Shown piece after piece: positions 22,576 to 34,134 of a stretch of 64,000 nucleotides of DNA. The notes below the pieces were generated by a model, which was not told where the DNA came from, ran no database searches, and saw nothing but the letters and a program-made list of their open reading frames with translations. Origin of the DNA: Haliotis cracherodii. Its lineage: Eukaryota. Both the position numbers and the translations under genes were made by a program. The first letter of the stretch is position 1. Each line of letters begins with the position of its first letter. The stretch lies in NCBI RefSeq assembly GCF_022045235.1, contig NW_027266264.1, positions 69,998,001-70,062,000 of the forward strand. The letters run 5' to 3'.

Positions 22576-23975
22576 CACTGCCACACCTATAGGTACAGAC
22601 AGACAGTGTCAGAAAGTACTCGGCACTGCCACACCAAGATATAGACAGACAGTGTCAGAAAGTACTCGGCACTGCCACGCCTATAGGCACAGACAGACAG
22701 TGTCAGAAAGTACTCGGCACAGCCACACCAAGATACAGACAGACAGTGTCAGAAAGTACTCGGCACTGCCACACCAAGATACAGACAGACAGTGTCAGAA
22801 AGTACTCGGCACTGCCACACCTATAGGCACAGACACACAGTGTCAGAAAGTACTCGGCACTGTCACACCTATAGGTACAGACACACAGTGTCAGAAAGTA
22901 CTCGGCACTGCCACACCTAGGTACAGACAGACCGTGTCAGAAAGTACTCGGCACTGCCACACCTAGGTACGTACAGACAGTGTCAAAAAGTACTCGGCAC
23001 TGTCACACCAAGGTACAGACAGACACACAGTGTCAGAAAGTACTCGGCACTGCCACACCAAGGTACAGACAGACACAGTGTCAGAAAGTACTCGGCACTG
23101 CCACATCAAGGTACAGATAGACACACAGTGTCAGAAAGTACTCGGCACTGTCACATCAAGGTACAGATAGACACACAGTGTCAGAAAGTACTCGGTACTG
23201 TCACACCAAGGTACAGACAGACACACAGTGTCAGAAAGTACTCGGCATTGCCACATCAAGGTACAAACAGACACACAGTGTCAGAAAGTGGTCTGCACTG
23301 CGACGCCTAGGTTTGTTTGTTTGTTTGCTGTTTAACGCCGCACTCATCAATATTCCAGCTATATGGTGTAAATAATCGAGTCTGAACCAGACAGTCCAGT
23401 GATTGACATCATGAGCATCGATCCAGGCAATTGGGATAGGATGACATGCATTAACCCAGTCAGCAAGCCTGACCACCCGATCCCGTTAGTCGCCTCTTAC
23501 GACAAGCATAGTCGCCTTTTACGGCAGCAAGCATGGGCTGCTGAAGATCTATTCTACCCCGGATCTTCACGGGTGTACAGTAATTGTGGTAAGGTGGGGT
23601 ATTTCGATTACACTCAGTTAATCCCACCCCTCACTTGAAAATATGACAAACTCCATAATACTAGAGACAAAAAGCTCAGCTACCCCTTCTCGTAAGTAGT
23701 CCCTCATATCCCGGACGGGACTCAACCCCCAAAAGTACTAGAATCTGTACTTGATCCCGTTAGTCTCTCTAAGGACAGGCATTGTCGCATTTTACGGCAA
23801 GAATGGGTTGCTGAAGACCAATTCTAACATGGATCTTCACGGGCACCTGGGTACAGACAGACACACAGTGTCAGAAAGTACTCGACACTGCCACACCAAG
23901 GTACAGACAGACACACAGTGTCAGAAAGTGGTCTGCACTGCGACACCTGGGTACAGACAGACAGTGTCAGAAAGT
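22576..23975. repeat. ~40-50-bp minisatellite (CAGTGTCAGAAAGTACTCGGCACTGCCACACCAAGGTACAGA), interrupted by 23311-23843
   Basis: Direct inspection. Confidence 0.95.
23311..23843 (-). mobile_element. Composite: family D 5' module + 178-bp unique segment + full family D copy
   Basis: Full copy 23311-23574; segment 23575-23752 shared with 33419-33595; isolated 5' module 23753-23843. Confidence 0.85.
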
Positions 23976-24729
23976 CCTGATTGTGTCACTGCCGCCTGCA
24001 AAGTGTCGGATATAATGTAACAAAATACCACACACAATCGTATCTTGGCATAGAGATTTCATGGATTATTGATGTACATGGCACACAGCACGGTCGATCG
24101 GTCCCTACATTGCTGTTGAGTCACACGGAATTGGTGCGGCTGAGGTGTAAATCAGTTACCCTGAGTATCTTATTTCCAAAACTTCCTTTCTTTTATTGCG
24201 GAGGTTACAGAAGACGATTTATTCACGATGAGGGCACACGTACAAATCACGTGCCCTCGAGTCGTGCTCTCGATCGGGAAATACCGTAAACATGTATGAC
24301 ATGAACACTCGTATAATATCCTCTATTTATTACCCATAGGGTTAGAAGTAACCGAGTTCATTATTAATCGAATGTGCACTGGTGCTAGTATCACTTCACT
24401 CGCCTTAGCGTACATATTTTACGTGTTCCGGACAGCATTGTTGACGTCATTCGAATCTTATTGTGACGTTACGACGTCATTACTGAAGATAGTTGAACAG
24501 AGCGATAGCATGATGCAACATTGCTCTGTCTCATCGCAATATCTGAGGGGCGACTAACGGTATCGGGTGGTCAGGCTCGCTGACATGGTTGATGCATGGC
24601 ATCGTATCCCAACTGCGTGGATCGATACTCATCACTGGATTGTGTGGTCCAGACTCGATTATTTACAGATCGCCGTCATATAGCTGGAATGTTGCTGAGA
24701 GCGGCGTTAAACAACAAACAAACATACTC

Positions 24730-25050
24730 GCACTATCACCGTTTCGTCGCAATATCCGTGTTCCATCGTAATATCATCGCACTATCTTTGTTTCCATCGC
24801 AATATCGCCGTCTTATTGCAATATCTCTGTACCATCTCAATATCTCTGTACCATCTGAATATATCTGTACCACCTCAATATCTCTGTGCCATCGCACTAT
24901 CTTTGTTCCCTCGCACTATCGCCGTCTGGCATCGCAATACTAGTATATCTGTACCATCGCTAGGCACCTCGCACTATCGCATTTTCGCATCGCACTACCA
25001 ATGTGTCACATGGCACTATCACTCTGATACATCGCATCGCTTTGTCGCAT
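24730..25050. repeat. Degenerate ~20-bp repeat (CCATCGCA[A/C]TATC...)
   Basis: Recurrent CATCGCA/TATCTCTGTACC. Confidence 0.75.
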
Positions 25051-25138
25051 AGATCCAACATTGTGCGGTATTGAGGTTTTGCTCTTTATCGATATTGCTC
25101 GGTTAGGTTGGGCAAGAAACAATGGTAGTTCTCGGTCA

Positions 25139-25228
25139 TCATACATGCAGCATTTCGCCCAAGACACAGCAGTAGACGCAGGTGATACTGAAGGGAGGGA
25201 CACCGACCGTGTTGTGACCAACACACAC
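25139..25228 (-). CDS. Cys-rich exon VCVGHNTVGVPPFSITCVYCCVLGEMLHV*
   Basis: VCV...TCxYCC pattern; paralogous to 22400-22528; a SINE lies immediately upstream of the acceptor. Confidence 0.45.
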   Translation of the reverse strand: MCVGHNTVGVPPFSITCVYCCVLGEMLHV

Positions 25229-25240
25229 CTTTCTTCCGGA

Positions 25241-25397
25241 TGAGTGAGTGTGAGTGAGTGAGTTTGGTTTTACGCCGCTTTTAGCGATATTCCAGCAATA
25301 TCACGGCGGGGGACACCACAAATGGGCTTCCCGTGTCGGGAATCGAACCCGGGTCTTCGGTGTGACGAGCTAAGGCTTTAACCACTAGGCTACCCGT
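25241..25397 (-). mobile_element. SINE family A copy
   Basis: Reverse complement of 15889-16051 type. Confidence 0.88.
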
Positions 25398-26077
25398 CTC
25401 TCTTTATTACAGTTGTAAGAGAGTGCGACGTGTGCCATTTTCCAATAATTTCGACTCAGGACACATTGAAATGAAGATTTACTTTATTTAATGTTTAGAT
25501 AGTACCTCAATTAATAGAAAGCCAAACAAATCAGTCATTATTAATTGAGGCAGAGATTATATATAACTGACCCGGAACTCATGTCGATTACTCGAATATA
25601 TATTGTTTTAAAGTCGATATTTCGAGAGTAGATGATACTTTCTTGTACGTAGATTATAATATCATATACGTAGATCAAAGTATCGACTACGTAGATGTGG
25701 GTATTACCTACGTAGATGAAAGTATCAACGACGTAGATAACACATCTTTAAACCGTGGCACTTATACGCCCCCATACCAAAATAGCAAAAAGCAAGTAAA
25801 AACAAATGAAAAGAAAAACATTTGAAAAGATAGGGGAGATCCAAGAGATCAATTTCTTGTGGCCTCACCTACAGGAACGTGTTACCTTGAGGGGCGTCTG
25901 CAGAGGTTCAGTGGTAGCACCCGGCTTTCCCAGTCGGGGTCGTGGAGCAGCGAAGTGGCTGAAGCGCTCATTCAACCCACTGAATCGATTTCTAACCAGT
26001 AAAGTTTGTGACCCGAATTTCTGGTGTCCGCCACATGAATATGACTGAAACATTGCCTCTGGCCCACGAATTCTTAC

Positions 26078-26170
26078 TTGAGATGTTGAGACATTCTTTA
26101 TTTCCTCAACTGTGACATGATTAAAGAAGCGTCCGTAAAAGACTCGGTGTGTTGTAGTATCCTCTTGGTG
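26078..26170 (-). CDS. Candidate exon of Cys-rich gene (HQEDTTTHRVFYGRFFNHVTVEEIKNVSTSQ)
   Basis: aacag|CAC ... CAA|gtaaga; 93 nt, open, phase 0 to 0. Confidence 0.3.
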
Positions 26171-26189
26171 CTGTTCTCATTGCAATACG

Positions 26190-26480
26190 ACCCGTGAAGA
26201 TCCGGCTTAGAGTTAGTCTTCAGCAACCCATGCTTGTCGGAAGAGGCGACTATCCTTGTCGCAAGAGGTGACTAACGGGATCGGGTGGTCAACAGGTGAC
26301 TAACGGGATCGGGTGGTCAGGTTCGCTGACGTAATGATTTTGTGCATGTCATCGTGCCACAATTGCGTGGATTGGTGCTCATGATATCAATCACTGGATT
26401 GTCCGGTCTAGATTCGATTGTTTACTGACCTCCGTCATATATTCGGAATGTTGCTGAGTGCGGTGTTAAACAAAAAAAAA
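26190..26480 (+). mobile_element. Family D copy within the Cys-rich gene
   Basis: Family D sequence, degenerate TSD TCATTG...TACG. Confidence 0.88.
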
Positions 26481-26538
26481 TTCATTGTTCTACGCAAGGC
26501 GTAAAACTCGGGAGTAAAACACACAGAAAAATATTTAC

Positions 26539-26682
26539 TCGCCACCCCATGGATCTGGATGGTGTGGCGGTTTTAGGTGATGTTGTAGGAGTAGATGGCG
26601 TTGAATTGGTCGCAGAAGGATGTGAACAGAAGAAACTTCATCAGCGACAGATGAGGGTACAGCTGTTTATACACAGTTCCCA
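26539..26682 (-). pseudogene. Candidate third exon of Cys-rich gene with in-frame TGA TGA and Ser/Thr/Pro linker
   Basis: WELCINSCTLICR**SFFCSHPSATNSTPSTPTTSPKTATPSRSMGWR; donor CGA|gtaaat; acceptor is a weak GAG. Confidence 0.4.
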
Positions 26683-27001
26683 CTCTTTTAAAAGCATACA
26701 GGGTAAAGAAACCCAGATAATTCCCCCCCCCCCCCCCCCCACGCCTTTAGATCACGACCCATTAAGATAATCTGACACACGTTCGTATGAACACACGTGA
26801 CACATCTTCACAAAACACAACTTCACATAATCAATATTACATATAATTTGACCCAGTACAACTGACAATGAATTCCTACGAAAATGGCATTGTAGAAGAC
26901 CCTCTATCGCATGAGTTGGCTAAAATTAGGATAATGTGCTCACAATGTCTGACATGTTTAGTGTCATTGTGACCCAGCGGGAAGACTGTTTGCAGGTCGT
27001 G

Positions 27002-27003
<2 letters not shown>

Positions 27004-27069
<66 letters not shown>
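27004..27069. repeat. (AT)n microsatellite
   Basis: About 33 perfect units. Confidence 0.99.
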
Positions 27070-27071
<2 letters not shown>

Positions 27072-27150
27072 CTGACTTAGGTCTTAAACAACACTCACTC
27101 AACCACCCACCCACCCACTCACTCAGTCTAGTGATGAGAGAGTGACCCAC

Positions 27151-27210
27151 CTCGAGAGCCCTGCAGTCAGCGTTGGCGTCATTCTGCTTCAACCTCTGCA
27201 GGAAACACAC
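27151..27210 (-). CDS. Second exon of Cys-rich gene (VCFLQRLKQNDANADCRALE)
   Basis: gtgtag|GTG TGT ... GAG|gtgggt; 60 nt, phase 0; continues the E|VC pattern. Confidence 0.55.
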
Positions 27211-27523
27211 CTACACACATGGAACCACGATGTGGTGATTACAAGCAGGGCCTGGCGCTGTGTTTCTAACCTGGACGACCGTGGGTATTTAGGGCACAGG
27301 GTCAGGTTGAAAAACATGATCAGTGACTGCTGGAGCCTGGGACATCCGTATGAAATCACGCTTGAAATGCCGAACAAAGATAGCATAGCGCAAAGGCAAT
27401 GGTGGTAAATGTCTACAAAAAAACGCGATGAGAACAAATCACTCATCTGTGAACCTCCAGCACTGAGTTTCTAATTACAAATGCAATTGTTCACCTGCTG
27501 ACATGTCGGCGTTGTACGGTTGT

Positions 27524-27632
27524 GGGCCCACTTGCACAAAGCGATCTTAGCGCTACGACTATTTTAAGCCTATGTTAAAGTATGGGAGTTACGATCATCT
27601 TAGTGCTAAGATCGCTTTGTGCAAGTGGGCCC
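27524..27632. mobile_element. Small hairpin MITE, PIF/Harbinger-like ends
   Basis: ~34-bp TIR GGGCCCACTTGCACAAAGCGATCTTAG...; GTG/CTG flanks. Confidence 0.8.
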
Positions 27633-27860
27633 TGGAGTGGGTCATTAGAGACAGGTGACCCACCTCGGTGCCGGGTTATCTAGAACGTGTCCGATAATTT
27701 CTTCATACTCGTACGTTCATGTGGAGTGGGGAGTTTAACACCGTTTAACACCATTAGTTAAAATGGTAAGCATTACCTAGATAACACCGTATCAGGACAT
27801 GCCCATTACGAAAACGCGTTGCCCCGTCACTCCTGCATTAAACAGCAGCACCTTCTCATA

Positions 27861-28014
27861 AGTGAGTGAGTATGGTTTTATGCCGCTTTTAGCAATATTA
27901 CAGCAATATCACCGCTGGGAAGACCCGAAATTGGCCTAACACGTTGTATCCATGTGGGGAATCGAACCCGGGTCTTCGGCGTGACGAGCGAACTATAGGC
28001 TACCCTACCGTCCC
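27861..28014 (-). mobile_element. SINE family A copy
   Basis: Reverse complement of family A. Confidence 0.88.
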
Positions 28015-28169
28015 ACTCCCACACATGACTGAGAGAGACAGGTGGCCGTGCTACTATCACTACTGCTGGTATCCTCCCATTAGTATCGTCCCATGTGTAA
28101 CCCACCTCAATACAGCAAAGGTCATGGCTGAAGGCACTGACTGGTCTACCGTATGTTACCTGAGTATAA

Positions 28170-28456
28170 TTAGTGAGTGAGTGAGTGAGTTGGGTTTAAC
28201 GCCGCTTTTAACAGTATTCCAGTTATATCACGGCGTGTCAGCTTAATGTGGGAGGAAAGCCCGAAGTGATGCAGGTCTCAGACGTTTACCACTTCGGTGA
28301 AACCCACGAGCACGGGTATGGTGCTGACAAACCTAGAAACATAATCGGGGCGAACCGGGATTCGAACCCACAATCATAGGTTTCTGGCGTGCCCAAGGGA
28401 CGCAACTCTGCACAGCGAATTGCGACGCCTTAGACGACTGGGCCACACGTGCCCCC
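28170..28456 (-). mobile_element. SINE family B copy
   Basis: Full length, 13-bp TSD TACCTGAGTATAA. Confidence 0.9.
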
Positions 28457-28492
28457 TACCTGAGTATAAGAATGGAGTCATACAAGAAAGGT

Positions 28493-28656
28493 GGGGCGGA
28501 CGGGTAGCCTGGTGGTTAAAGCGTTCGCTCGTCACGCCGAAGACCCGGGTTCAGTTCTCAACATGGGTACAATTTGAAAAGTCCTTTTCTGGCGTCCCCC
28601 GCCATGATATTGCTGGAATATTGCCAAAAGCGGTGTAAAATCAAACTCACTCATTC
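28493..28656 (+). mobile_element. SINE family A copy
   Basis: Family A sequence, TSD CAAGAAARGT. Confidence 0.88.
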
Positions 28657-29300
28657 CAAGAAAAGTAGAAAACTAATCTTGTACTTGATGTTCTTTTTGT
28701 ACTTATATAAAGATATATATTTATATATGTTTATATATAAGTAGCAGCCCTTCACTTCAACTCCGATTGAACAGCGCGAATTGCAGCTCTTTCAAAGTCG
28801 GTCTGGACTCGTTGTTCTCGCTGGACTCTCTTTAGAGTGTCCCGAGTGTCTTTAGCTGTTATGTTATTGTTTCATATATATTGTTGTAAGACAGATTAAC
28901 CATACATTCAATGCAGATTAGTTGCCTTTTAGTTATATAATAACATTTCACACTAACATTTGTGCTAAAACTCCAGCTTGGCAATCAGTATGTATACGTT
29001 GGTCTTTGTGGTAATCGTATGTACTCCAGCTAGGACCGGTCCATTACTCAGTAGGTGTTGTTAGGACTGGTCCATTACTCAGTAGGTGTTGTCTTAATTA
29101 ATCCCCTCCTGGCCTCCTCCCAGGCTGTGTAACAACTGGGGATATAGAGGTGTGTGACAAATGGGACGTGTGTCTAATTGAAGATAACTCTGGTGTTAGT
29201 ATCCATAGTAATTACTATTTAGTAGCTGACCGATATTTTGGCACTTGTGGCGCTGTCTGCCTGTGTTATTGCTGTTGATGTTGTTGTTGTTGATACAGAC

Positions 29301-29489
29301 CTCGTCGTCTTTACAGGCATCCACGTCATTGCAGAGAGGCGGCGACTCCGCCATGTTACAGCTGTAGCAGGTCCTGGAGCCCCGGTCGTGTACGGTAGAC
29401 TGTTGGTGCCACGTAGTGTAGGCAGGAGCCAATGCGAGGATGCACGCGAAAGGAAGTTGGATGAACAACCGTTTTAAAGTTACGAGCAT
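29301..29489 (-). CDS. First coding exon of secreted Cys-rich LU/three-finger-like protein (signal peptide + RTCYSC...LC...AC..DE)
   Basis: Acceptor actttcatag| at 29500, ATG 29489, hydrophobic LPFACILALAPA, CYSC pattern, donor GAG|gtctgt; 189 nt, phase 0. Confidence 0.65.
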
Positions 29490-29587
29490 ATATTATAAGC
29501 TATGAAAGTTATGGGAAGCAATTGAATTTAAATCTATTGCTAGTATTGAACAAAAGTTTGGCTAAAGGTTTGAAGAAGAGTAAACAT

Positions 29588-29969
29588 GCAGATTTCGGTC
29601 GATTGCGGGATTGGCACAGCATCTGCACCGCCACCTCGTTGTCAAAAGATATTTTCCAAATCTTTTCAAGTTTTCAATCAAGGTGGTCACGTGATTTGAT
29701 GCACTTCGCGATGTAAGACCCGTTTTATCACAATATTGATCTTGATTATCGATCAGATCGTCTTGACCGCGCGCCGCCATTTTGTTTGAAACAAATGCAA
29801 GTGATACGAGAGGTGGAATTTGATTGGTCCATAGGAGAGGCAGAGAAGGGACATAACTCGTAATAGCCACTGGTGGCGCTACGATCGAGCCCAGGAATTC
29901 CAGCCTAGTTCGGCAAGGGTGGAAACTGGACTTTTAAAGTGAGTTAACTCACTTGCCTCGGGAAGAGGG
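29588..29969. mobile_element. Truncated second copy of the 12339-12880 MITE
   Basis: Colinear with about 12503-12880 including the right TIR. Confidence 0.88.
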
Positions 29970-31159
29970 CCATTGAAACACCCTAGCCATGTATGTATTA
30001 ATGTTTTCTTTAATTTTTACTAACCTGGTAGGTTTAAACGGAACTTTATCAAATGCCTCGTCCTTGGTGTTTGGAGATTTTAGTGGTAATAATTGTCCTG
30101 GGTGTTTGTATAATCTGTTGGTAATAATTATACACACAACACTATGCTGCATATATGTATCATATATCGATACATCTTAAACGTGACAGATCAAACAAAG
30201 CCACTTGTTAAGGAGACGGCACATGTTTTCTAGACTGTGATTCAGAGTCAGGTGCTTCTACCCGTCCAACTACTCTCCGCCGCCAGCGTCACTTAAGTTC
30301 TGTCACATAATGACTATATGAGAACCAGTATTCCAACAGAGTGGCATGTCCTTGGTAATAGGGAATGTTCTGAACCTTTTCAACACTTTTATACGGAGCT
30401 GTGGAGTTTCGGGTATTGATGCACATCTTTCGCACGAATAACCATTATCAAATCGCAACAAAAAAGTACTTGAAATCATATGTCGTGTAATTACTTAACT
30501 TAACCCCAGTCATTAATAGACACGTTCGAGGGAACCGAAAGTACAGGATGCAATGTTTTCCACGAAACATGATATTTAAAGAGTAGTGTTTCATTTATGT
30601 ATTAACCTTTGTTTTTTACAGCTTAACAATATCAACACATTTACAATGTCACTCTGAGATTTGAGTGTTGGGGTGTGTGAAGTTAAATCTGGTGATTTTT
30701 ATCTATCGGGTTGATATATACTCCTAACCATTATAAATGCCTACGTAAACCCAAAATGTCCTCGCATCCTCGCATCCTGACCTGTGTTCAGTGGGTCGTG
30801 GACACAACAGTCTCGTCTCCGGACCAACAACCAAATGCATATGTGTTTAGTCCCTTCCCACAGTAATGGCACGGAAGGCAAAACGTCCTGTTAACGAGGT
30901 GCCGATGAAAGGCGGGTCACTGTACTCAGAGCTAACATGGCCCGCATTGGGATAATTAGTATGTTTTTTATTTTGATTTGGGAAAATAATGGAAACATAC
31001 CGGAAATTAGTCACTATACTGTCTTATCAACGCCTTTGATTTATGAAACTTGGTACGTGAATCGATCTTGTTCAACTCACAGTAAATATATTCCAAGCGT
31101 CAACATCAGAGCATATCAGTCTCGATTATCTCCCGAAACAGATTTAATTGGGCGTCAAG

Positions 31160-31427
31160 GGGCTCGGGTGGCCCAGTCGTCTAAGGCGCCGCAATTCGCT
31201 GTGCAGAGTTGCGTCCCTTGGGCACTCCAGAAACCTATGATTGTGGGTTCGAATCCCGATTATGTTTCTAGGTTTGTCAGCACCATACCCGTGCTCGTGG
31301 GTTTCACCGAAGTGGTAAAGCCTGAGACCTGCATTACCTCGGGATTTCCTCCCACATTAAGCTAACACGCCGCGATATAACTGGAATACTGTTAAAAGCG
31401 GCGTTAAACACAACTCACTCACTCACT
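31160..31427 (+). mobile_element. SINE family B copy
   Basis: Family B sequence, imperfect TSD ATTGG.C.TCAAG. Confidence 0.9.
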
Positions 31428-31949
31428 ATTGGTCATCAAGGCAAAATAGTGATCATACAGATATGATATGAAATGATCACTGAAACTCATTTGTGACCTC
31501 ATGTCGTATCAACATGAGCTGTCTGTATCTCGCAAAGCAAAACTACACACGTCTAACGCCATAGCCACGATAAGACCTGGAACAGAAATAGATGATTTAT
31601 AACACATGTCGATATCTGGCTATAGTGGCCGTGTTAGTTGATGAGTATGACCGGAGAAGCGACTGGCGGCCATGTACCTCCATCGCCTACTGGCATGAAA
31701 CAACACAACTGATGTAAAACTGACGTCCAACCTGTGGTGGTCAGAATGTCCGATGCCATGACCCCTGGCCGAAATGTTGGCGTGACCGGAAGGAGTGTTC
31801 CCTGTCTGGAGGACGCTGATAACGGGTCTGTCAATGAAAAGGTGTAATATTATAATCTGCACCCGAGATGACCAAAGTCGAAAAATGCTTTCCGAGTGCT
31901 TGGTCTCTCTTAATAGATGCAGACCTTTTCTACCCCTGATCTTCACGGG

Positions 31950-32290
31950 GATAATAATAATGATAATAGTCCGCAATGTATGCTCGAAGCGCTGCATGAT
32001 TATTATTATTATCCCGGTTAATGAAACAATGTGCAATCAAGTTTTCATTCCCAGCTCCCTGGGGAGTGTTCAACCACAGCTGCCTGAAGGTTAACAGTCA
32101 CATTACCATGTATCTCATTCTACCGGGTACCCATTCACTGTTGGGCGAACCTCTAGAGGCATATTACGAACAAAGTAACCTGCCTCAGGAGACACCAAAT
32201 ATGCAACAGGTGCTTCAGTGTGTTGCAAGACCGAGGCCCTGCTAACTCTCAGGAGCCAAGCTGCCGAAATGTGGTCACCCATTCAAGGGC
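31950..32290 (-). mobile_element. CORE-like SINE with L2-type tail
   Basis: AATGGGTACCCGGTAG core on - strand, CAGCGCTTCGAGCA+(ATT)n tail; related sequence at about 12200-12935 (split by MITE) and 51925-51962. Confidence 0.6.
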
Positions 32291-33154
32291 TTTTTTGTGT
32301 GCGAGGTGGTGGTATAATTCATCCAAATGGTTAAAATACAAATCAAGGTTTTAATTGGTCAAACTCGATGAGAATCAGTCACTGTCAGAGAGACATCAAA
32401 CGGCGTGCATGTATTTATCGCATTATCACCACAATAGACCTACTGATCAGCGATCCAAAATTGCTACGGAACAAATGTCACCAGCCCCAAGAGTTCGTTA
32501 TCACCATGTTTTACTGTATCTCTGCATTGTACATTGGTAGGCTTCTGATAGGACAGCGAGCACGAGTGATCGATTCAGTTGAAAACAAGCCGTACAAACC
32601 AGCAGGTGTCTATGTTAGTACAGCACAGAAAAAAATGAATTCATAATTTTATTATTGAACCAGTATTGATGACAATTGTCATGGAAATAACGTAAACGTC
32701 CTGGAAAATATGCATAATTTCCAATATCATGTTGATAGCAATGGTGGAACATTCTAAACAGATGCCACTCGCAAAGCGCTCATACGTCTGTTTTCTTTTT
32801 ATTATCTCACGGCGAGGTGCACAACTATTTAATTACGCCACAAAAGGTTGCTGTAATTAAAACCAATAACTGAGTCTTATAACAAATCGATAAATACATG
32901 AAGCTGATTTAATGCTCTGTGTTGTGGCCACATTTATGCATAGCTATCATCACAGAATGATGTGGGGTGTCGTGGTTAGCTGACACACGGTCAGTACATG
33001 GTGATATGTGTTTACAGTATACTAATCAAGAGAACTGTCCAAGCTGTAAAATGTGGGCTGGTTATGGACAGGGTGTTTTGAACGATTCACCGAAGTATTA
33101 ATGTATCGGTGGAGCCTCCTTTCCACTACAGTCAGTTCCGACTACAGTAATTGT

Positions 33155-33418
33155 TTGTTTGTTTGTTGTTTTACGCCGCGCTCAGCAATATTCCAGCTAT
33201 ATGACGGCGGTCTGTAAATAATCGAGTCTGGACCAGACATTTCAGTCACTGACATCAAGAACATCGATCTCCTCAATTGGGATACGATGACACGCGTCAA
33301 CCAAGTCAGCGAGCCTGACCACCCGATCCCGTTAGTTGCCTCTTACGACAAGCATAGTCAGCCTTCTACGGCAAGCATGGGTTGCTGAAGACCTATTCTA
33401 CTCCGGATCTTCACGGGT
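33155..33418 (-). mobile_element. Family D copy
   Basis: Full length, TSD TACAGTA(AT/C)TGT. Confidence 0.9.
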
Positions 33419-34134
33419 GTACAGTACTGTGGTAAGGTGGGGTATTTCGACTACACTCAGTTTATCCCATCCCTCACTTGAACATATGACAAACTCCATA
33501 ATACTAGAGACAAAAATCTCAGCTACCCCTTCTCGTAAGTAGTCACTCATATCCCGGACGGGACTCAACCCCCAAAGGTACCAGAATCTGTACTTTAACA
33601 AGAAAGTGCTATCCCAAATATAACATTTGTTACATTCGACCACTTTCTAAATAACATTGTGTGTTCACAGTCCCTCATATGTCTTTCAGTTATTTCAGTA
33701 TAAAAAAACAACAACACAAAACATTAAACCGCTGATCATACTGGAAACATGGCTCACTAATAACAGAAATAAGACTATTTATTCACACTCATAGGAGTTC
33801 ATATCCAAGGATTAACAATTAGTTAATCGCAATACCCTGTGACACGATGTAGGTATTTGGCGCGAGACCATATATCGACATGAACGATATATACTCAGAA
33901 ACACCTAGAAGTTACTGACATACATATATGAGAGACATTAGCACACATACGATATGTGAAGCAAGGGTCGAGGTGAGGGGTGAATGTGTGTGTGAAACAG
34001 AGTATATTTGCCAGAAGAACAATATATTGATGTCCGTGAAACATGAATTCATCATGACAGTGTGAACACATGTCGTCTGTCAACGTCATCTCAGGCTGAA
34101 TGGGGCGTGGGGTCAAATGTCTGGTCACAAGCCA

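Noticed and set aside
26935-27003. Extra exon of the Cys-rich gene (TTCKQSSRW..., gtgagc donor)
   Set aside because: Better explained as a decayed family D copy
33440-33470. Hammerhead-like CTGAGTG...CGAAA on the - strand (also at about 23600-23625)
   Set aside because: Core is CUGAGUG rather than CUGANGA, and no convincing stems I/III with an NUH site
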